A stretch of DNA of 63,345 nucleotides, counting the filler. It is 8 parts of 8 records of this genome, joined end to end, with 100 filler letters (N's around TTAATTAATTAA, not from the genome) between each part and the next. Parts side by side here need not be neighbours in the genome. Positions count along the whole stretch, not along the records: positions 54,825 to 63,345 come from SRR31147125_22359; 7 more parts are not named here. The stretch is one strand, 5' to 3'. The first letter of the stretch is position 1, and each line of letters opens with the position of its first letter. A program made the translations under genes and the position numbers. The notes below the pieces were generated by a model. It was not told where the DNA came from, did no database searches, and saw only the letters and a list, made by a program, of their open reading frames with translations. Shown piece after piece: positions 58,975 through 63,345 of the stretch.

Positions 58975-59727
58975 ATGAATAAAAAATTAGAAAAAAGATT
59001 AAATGAGATTGATATTAATATAAAAGATATTTTAAAAAAAATTGAACTAAACTCTCAAGAAAGTGTTGTCATGTATAGTTCACATATTGAGGGATTGGGA
59101 ACAGATGAATCAGATTTAGATATTTATGTAATCTGCAAAGAAATACCAATCATTAAAAATGCAAGGCGAACACCATATTCGGTAGTTCAAATTGCTTTTA
59201 TAAATAATGTTAAATTAGACATTGAATATCTAACTTACGAAACAGTAAAGAAATTATTAAATAAATTGCAAAGTGGAAAATCTTTGACAAATGAAGAAGT
59301 TAAAATTTTAAACAGATTGAAAGTTGGAGAATATATTCTAAAAAATGAACACCAAATGAAATTAATGAATGAAATTGAAAAAAATAAATTAAATGAACAC
59401 TTAAAGAATTATTTTATTGTTAATTCAAATTCGGAAGAAGCAGATGCTGTAACTATGTATAAAGCTAATAATTTAAATGCAGCAATTTCTTGTGCCAGAA
59501 GAGCTCTAGATTATTCAGTTGGGGCGTTTAATTGTAATAGTGGATATACAAACCCAAATGTCAAATGGATTCCCAAAATTTTTATTGAGTATTCTTCAGA
59601 TTCAGATTTAAGAGAGGAATATTTAAATCTTCAAATATTTTCAAAAGTGACTAAGGAAAACATTCGAGAGCAAATTGAGGCTATATTAAGTTTAAGACAA
59701 GAAATAATATCGAGTTTATTATTTTGA
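58975..59727 (+). CDS. Pol-beta-superfamily nucleotidyltransferase with helical (HEPN-like) C-terminal domain
   Basis: YSSHIEGLGTDESDLDIYV fits the [G/S]S-x9-13-DhD motif; third Asp in KLDIEY; helical C-terminus. Confidence 0.8.
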   Translation: MNKKLEKRLNEIDINIKDILKKIELNSQESVVMYSSHIEGLGTDESDLDIYVICKEIPIIKNARRTPYSVVQIAFINNVKLDIEYLTYETVKKLLNKLQSGKSLTNEEVKILNRLKVGEYILKNEHQMKLMNEIEKNKLNEHLKNYFIVNSNSEEADAVTMYKANNLNAAISCARRALDYSVGAFNCNSGYTNPNVKWIPKIFIEYSSDSDLREEYLNLQIFSKVTKENIREQIEAILSLRQEIISSLLF

Positions 59728-59743
59728 TTAGGGAGGAGAAGAA

Positions 59744-60001
59744 ATGAAAAAATACAAAAAAGCATTCGGAACAAAATTATGTAAGCATGAAGGAAACTTT
59801 CACATTATAATAGGAAATGAAATATTCAATCTAAATGAAGTTGGTGCAAGAATATTTGATTTATGTAATGGAAAAAATGGAACCAACGATATAAGTAAAA
59901 AAATAGCAAAAAAATATGACGAAAAGGATTCTATGATTAGCATCGATGTTTTAGAGTATATAGAGCAGCTTAAAACAGAGAGATTAATCGAGGAGGTTTA
60001 A
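59744..60001 (+). CDS. Stand-alone PqqD-family RiPP recognition element (RRE)
   Basis: 85 aa; LNEVGARIFDLCNG...I...IAKKY...DVLEYIEQL....LI. Confidence 0.88.
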   Translation: MKKYKKAFGTKLCKHEGNFHIIIGNEIFNLNEVGARIFDLCNGKNGTNDISKKIAKKYDEKDSMISIDVLEYIEQLKTERLIEEV

Positions 60002-60007
60002 CTCATA

Positions 60008-60757
60008 ATGAGTCAACCTTACATCTTTAAAAAACAAATAATTGGAGTTATTTTTTGTTTATTAGTAGCTATCTTTTATAAATATATACTAAAAAATGAA
60101 ATATTGTTTGAAAGTTCCATTTACTATTTATTTTTATTATTAAGCATCACATTTATTCCAAGTATAGGTTTATTAAGGCTCTCTAAAAAGCTTAAACTTA
60201 TTGTAATATCGGTTTTTTTCTATATTTCACTTTTTTTTCCATTAATGTTTGGAAAAATTGATATTACAATTTATTGCTCTTTTGAAAAACTAGCTCTTGC
60301 GGTTTTAGTTGGAGGAATTTTAGTTGTTCTTAAGTATCTTTATTTGAAATTTAATGGAATAGATAATCAGAATGTTATATCTTTTACAAAAATTAGTAAA
60401 CTAAGGGCAATTCATAATACTTATCTATACTTAATTCCAGTAATAGGGGAAGAAATATTTTTCAGAGGATATTTAACTAGGGTATTATATCCAAAATATG
60501 GAGAAATATCATTGTTGATAATTTCGTTTCTTTTTGTATATATTCACTATTTAAATAGATGGTCTAATATTATTTTTACTAAAGGAAGTTATTTTTTTCA
60601 TTTTTTAAACTCTTTGATATTTTGTATTATGTATATTTATACTGATAACCTTATACCAGTAATATTATGTCATTTAATTTTTAACATTGATAGAATATTG
60701 GAAACAGTTAAAAGAGTTAGAAAAGAAGATATAAGTTATTCCTTTAATGATTATTAA
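60008..60757 (+). CDS. CPBP (CAAX/Abi) intramembrane protease
   Basis: EEIFFRG, F..IH and H..FN motifs; multiple TMs. Confidence 0.88.
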   Translation: MSQPYIFKKQIIGVIFCLLVAIFYKYILKNEILFESSIYYLFLLLSITFIPSIGLLRLSKKLKLIVISVFFYISLFFPLMFGKIDITIYCSFEKLALAVLVGGILVVLKYLYLKFNGIDNQNVISFTKISKLRAIHNTYLYLIPVIGEEIFFRGYLTRVLYPKYGEISLLIISFLFVYIHYLNRWSNIIFTKGSYFFHFLNSLIFCIMYIYTDNLIPVILCHLIFNIDRILETVKRVRKEDISYSFNDY

Positions 60758-60783
60758 TCGAACTTTTTAATCGAGGAGAAAAC

Positions 60784-61590
60784 ATGAGGACAATTTATGC
60801 AGTAATGGAACGAAATATAATTACAAAGTTAAGAGCATACCCATATTCATTTTTTCTGGGTGGAATTCTTACAAAGTTTTATTTAGTTTTGGCATCGTAT
60901 TTAATTTTTAATCATTTATATGATGGAAAAGTATCAGAAAAATTTATAAAATACGCTAATATAGATGATTATATGACATATGTAATCATTGGAGCTTCTT
61001 TCTATATGTTTATAAGGAGAACTATATTAAGTGTTAGTAGAAGCTTCATTACAGAAATGAGAGAAGGTACTTTAGAAAGTTTATTAATTACTCCAATGAA
61101 GTACACTAGTTATTTAATAGGAAATATGCTAGAACAATCTCTTTTAACTTTTTTGGAAGTAATTCTTGCTTTTATAATTTGCATACCATTCGGATTTAAA
61201 ATAAGCAGTGTCAATGGAGAAGGGATAATTTTAACAATAATTTTATCATTATACTCTTTTTTCGGACTTTCAATATTTATTTGTGCACTAATGATTCAGT
61301 TTAAAGACACCTATATAATTCAAAATACGTTTTTTTATTTATTAGCTATTTTAGCAGGAATATACTTTCCAATAGACTATTTACCTAAAAAAATTCAATT
61401 ATTATCAAATCTTTTACCAGTAACTTACTCAATGTCATTGTTTAGAGGAATGCTAATGGAAAAACTAGTTATAAATAATATCTTAGGAATAATTTTTAAA
61501 CTATTACTTTCATCAAGTATATATTTAATTATTGGTTGGGTTATACTAAAAGTCTACTTAAAAAAAGCAGTTTCAAATCAGTTTATATAG
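60784..61590 (+). CDS. ABC-2 type exporter permease
   Basis: EMREGTLESLLITP, GIYFPIDYLP, about six TMs. Confidence 0.9.
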   Translation: MRTIYAVMERNIITKLRAYPYSFFLGGILTKFYLVLASYLIFNHLYDGKVSEKFIKYANIDDYMTYVIIGASFYMFIRRTILSVSRSFITEMREGTLESLLITPMKYTSYLIGNMLEQSLLTFLEVILAFIICIPFGFKISSVNGEGIILTIILSLYSFFGLSIFICALMIQFKDTYIIQNTFFYLLAILAGIYFPIDYLPKKIQLLSNLLPVTYSMSLFRGMLMEKLVINNILGIIFKLLLSSSIYLIIGWVILKVYLKKAVSNQFI

Positions 61591-61605
61591 AATTAGGAGG
61601 CATTA

Positions 61606-62590
61606 ATGATCGTTGTAAAAGATTTAAAAAAATTATAAAAAAATTATAAAAAAAAGTTTTTTTAGAAAAAAATGTTACAGAAGTCGAAGCTCTAAAAGGA
61701 ATAAACCTTTCAATAGAACCTGGTAAAATAGTTGGTTTACTAGGAATTAATGGGGCTGGCAAAACAACCACAATAAAAATTTTATCTACTTTATTAACTA
61801 AGACGTCCGGTGAGATTTATATAGATGAAGAAAGAATTGATAAAGATGAAAAAAAAGTTAGAGAAAAAATCAACATGATTGCTGGTGGTGAAAGAATGTT
61901 GTATTGGAGGCTTACAGCAAGAGAAAATTTAAAATATTTTGGAAGACTTTACAACCTAAATGAAAGTAAATTAAATGAAACAATAGATAAATTACTAGAT
62001 TTTTTTGATTTACAAGACAGGGCTGATGAACCAATTGAAAATTATTCCAAAGGAATGAAGCAGAGAATTCAAATTGCCAGAGGATTAATTAATGATCCTA
62101 AATATATATTTTTAGATGAGCCCACTTTAGGTCTAGATGTCTTGATAGCAAAAGAGGTTAGAAACCTTATAAAAAAATTAGCACAAGAACAAAATAAAGG
62201 AATTCTTCTTACTTCACATTATTTGAACGAAATAGAAGAATTATGTGATTATGTTTATATTATCGATAACGGAAGAAACATTCTGGAAGGCTCTCCAAAA
62301 GAAATTATTAAAAGAATAACAAGTAATAAAAAAGAGTATATTTTAGAAATTAAAGATAGTGAAAACTATGTTACAAAACTAGAAAAAGAAATATATCAAG
62401 ATATTAAAATAGAAGAAAAAGATAATGAAACTTTACTTTTATCTGTTAAATTAAATTCTACTGAAAAGAAAAAGCTTTTTCTGATATTGAAGACAAAGCA
62501 GAAATTATTAGTTATAGTACTAAAAATACTGATTTAGAGGAAGCTATCATAATGCTTTCGGAGGATATAAAAAATGATGTATATATTTAG
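61606..62590 (+). CDS. ABC exporter ATPase, disrupted by frameshifts in homopolymer tracts
   Basis: AGGAGG RBS and ATG at 61606; Walker A GINGAGKTT lies upstream of the tracked ORF in its frame; YSKGMKQR, LDEPT; a C-terminus with TDLEEAI continues in another frame. Confidence 0.8.
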
Positions 62591-63345
62591 AGTTATTTAT
62601 GCTGAATTTATAAAACAAATTAAAAATAAATATCATTCTGGTTTAATTATATTTTCAATGCTTCTTTGGCCAATTCTTAAAATGTATGTGACATATTTTG
62701 TCTATAAACCCTTTGAAGGGGTAAAGTTAAATGATCAAAACATAAGTTTAATTTCAGAAGAAAACATGTTAGCCTTTCTACTTTATGGATATCTTGCTTT
62801 AATGTTTTATAATAGTTTTATAAAATCTGCATGGATTTTTTCAAGAGAAAGAATTATGGGAACCATTGAAAGTATTTATTTAACCCCTGCTTCAAGAGAG
62901 GCCGTTTTATTTGGAAATGCATTATCATCGATGATAGAAAATGTTTGGCTTTATACTATTTTTTCATTAGTACTCGCAAAATTCTTTTCTAATAGTAATC
63001 AGGAAAATTTAATAATTGTTTTAGTTAGTATATTAACACTTTTAATTCCTGCACTTGTTTGGGGAATGTTTCTAAATTCAATTTTTATATTTTCTAGGGA
63101 TATCGGAGTTATGTTGTCATTTTTAGATGACCCCATGGAAATATTTTCTGGAGTTAAAATACCGTTTCTATCACTTCCGGCTTGGGCAAGAACTATAGGA
63201 TCCTTATTTCCGCTTACTTGGTCATTAATGATTATAAGAAAAGTTTTCATAGATGGGGCATCGCTTAAAGAATTAAAATTAGAAATTTTAGTTACACTAA
63301 TAATTTCTATCGTTATTTTAATATGTACTTTCTTTTTAATTAAAA
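62574..63345 (+). CDS. Second ABC-2 exporter permease, running off the window end (not in ORF track)
   Basis: GGAGG RBS; MMYIFRVIYAEF...RERIMGTIESIYLTP...FSGVKIPF.SLP. Confidence 0.88.
   Translation, partial: MMYIFRVIYAEFIKQIKNKYHSGLIIFSMLLWPILKMYVTYFVYKPFEGVKLNDQNISLISEENMLAFLLYGYLALMFYNSFIKSAWIFSRERIMGTIESIYLTPASREAVLFGNALSSMIENVWLYTIFSLVLAKFFSNSNQENLIIVLVSILTLLIPALVWGMFLNSIFIFSRDIGVMLSFLDDPMEIFSGVKIPFLSLPAWARTIGSLFPLTWSLMIIRKVFIDGASLKELKLEILVTLIISIVILICTFFLIK

Noticed and set aside
58975-59727. MNT-HEPN toxin-antitoxin or CBASS-type defence reading of the NTase
   Set aside because: There is no separate toxin or effector gene and no clear RxxxxH motif. The RRE, protease and exporter context fits peptide biosynthesis better.
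58825-60001. Calling the peptide cluster a lasso peptide BGC
   Set aside because: YxxPxL and the RRE fit, but no asparagine-synthetase-like cyclase or transglutaminase-like B2 protease is visible, and the precursor is too short.
62999-63250. 83-aa minus-strand ORF
   Set aside because: It is antisense to the second ABC permease, which the ORF track missed because it has no stop within the window.

Overview
The window is not one locus. It is eight unrelated contigs joined by seven 100-nt artificial linkers (N-run/TTAATTAATTAA/N-run), so adjacency across linkers carries no meaning. (1) 1-7518, Bacteroidota-like: GH53 galactanase, a frameshifted isoprenoid-synthase-fold gene, DPP IV, thrS. (2) 7619-13281, Bacteroidota-like: DUF2971, an IS200-type Y1 transposase with three REP-like triple-hairpin units, a frameshifted TonB-dependent receptor, an ECF sigma factor. 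(3) 13382-18623: fragment of a probable small phage or provirus with a lysozyme-like virion protein, an annexin-motif protein and palindromic operators. (4) 18724-25823, GC-richer, possibly deltaproteobacterial: TRAP and acyl-CoA catabolic genes. (5) 25924-41884, Firmicutes-like: feoAB and a Listeria-Pss-like exopolysaccharide operon. (6) 41985-48219, Bacteroidota-like: GH78, GH2 and a mobilisation module. (7) 48320-54724, Firmicutes-like: sugar-acid and inositol genes. (8) 54825-63345, very AT-rich: IS4 and a decayed integrase beside the best candidate for a new system. That candidate is an RRE-dependent RiPP-like cluster: an unannotated 27-aa precursor (MNNYNKPVLVKETNETKVAKVICSEEL, 58825-58908, with a YxxPxL motif), a Pol-beta nucleotidyltransferase, a PqqD-type RRE, a CPBP protease, a thymidylate-kinase/CYTH fusion and an ABC exporter. 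No classical RiPP maturase is visible in the part of the contig shown. Family and taxon calls come from motif recognition by eye, not database searches.
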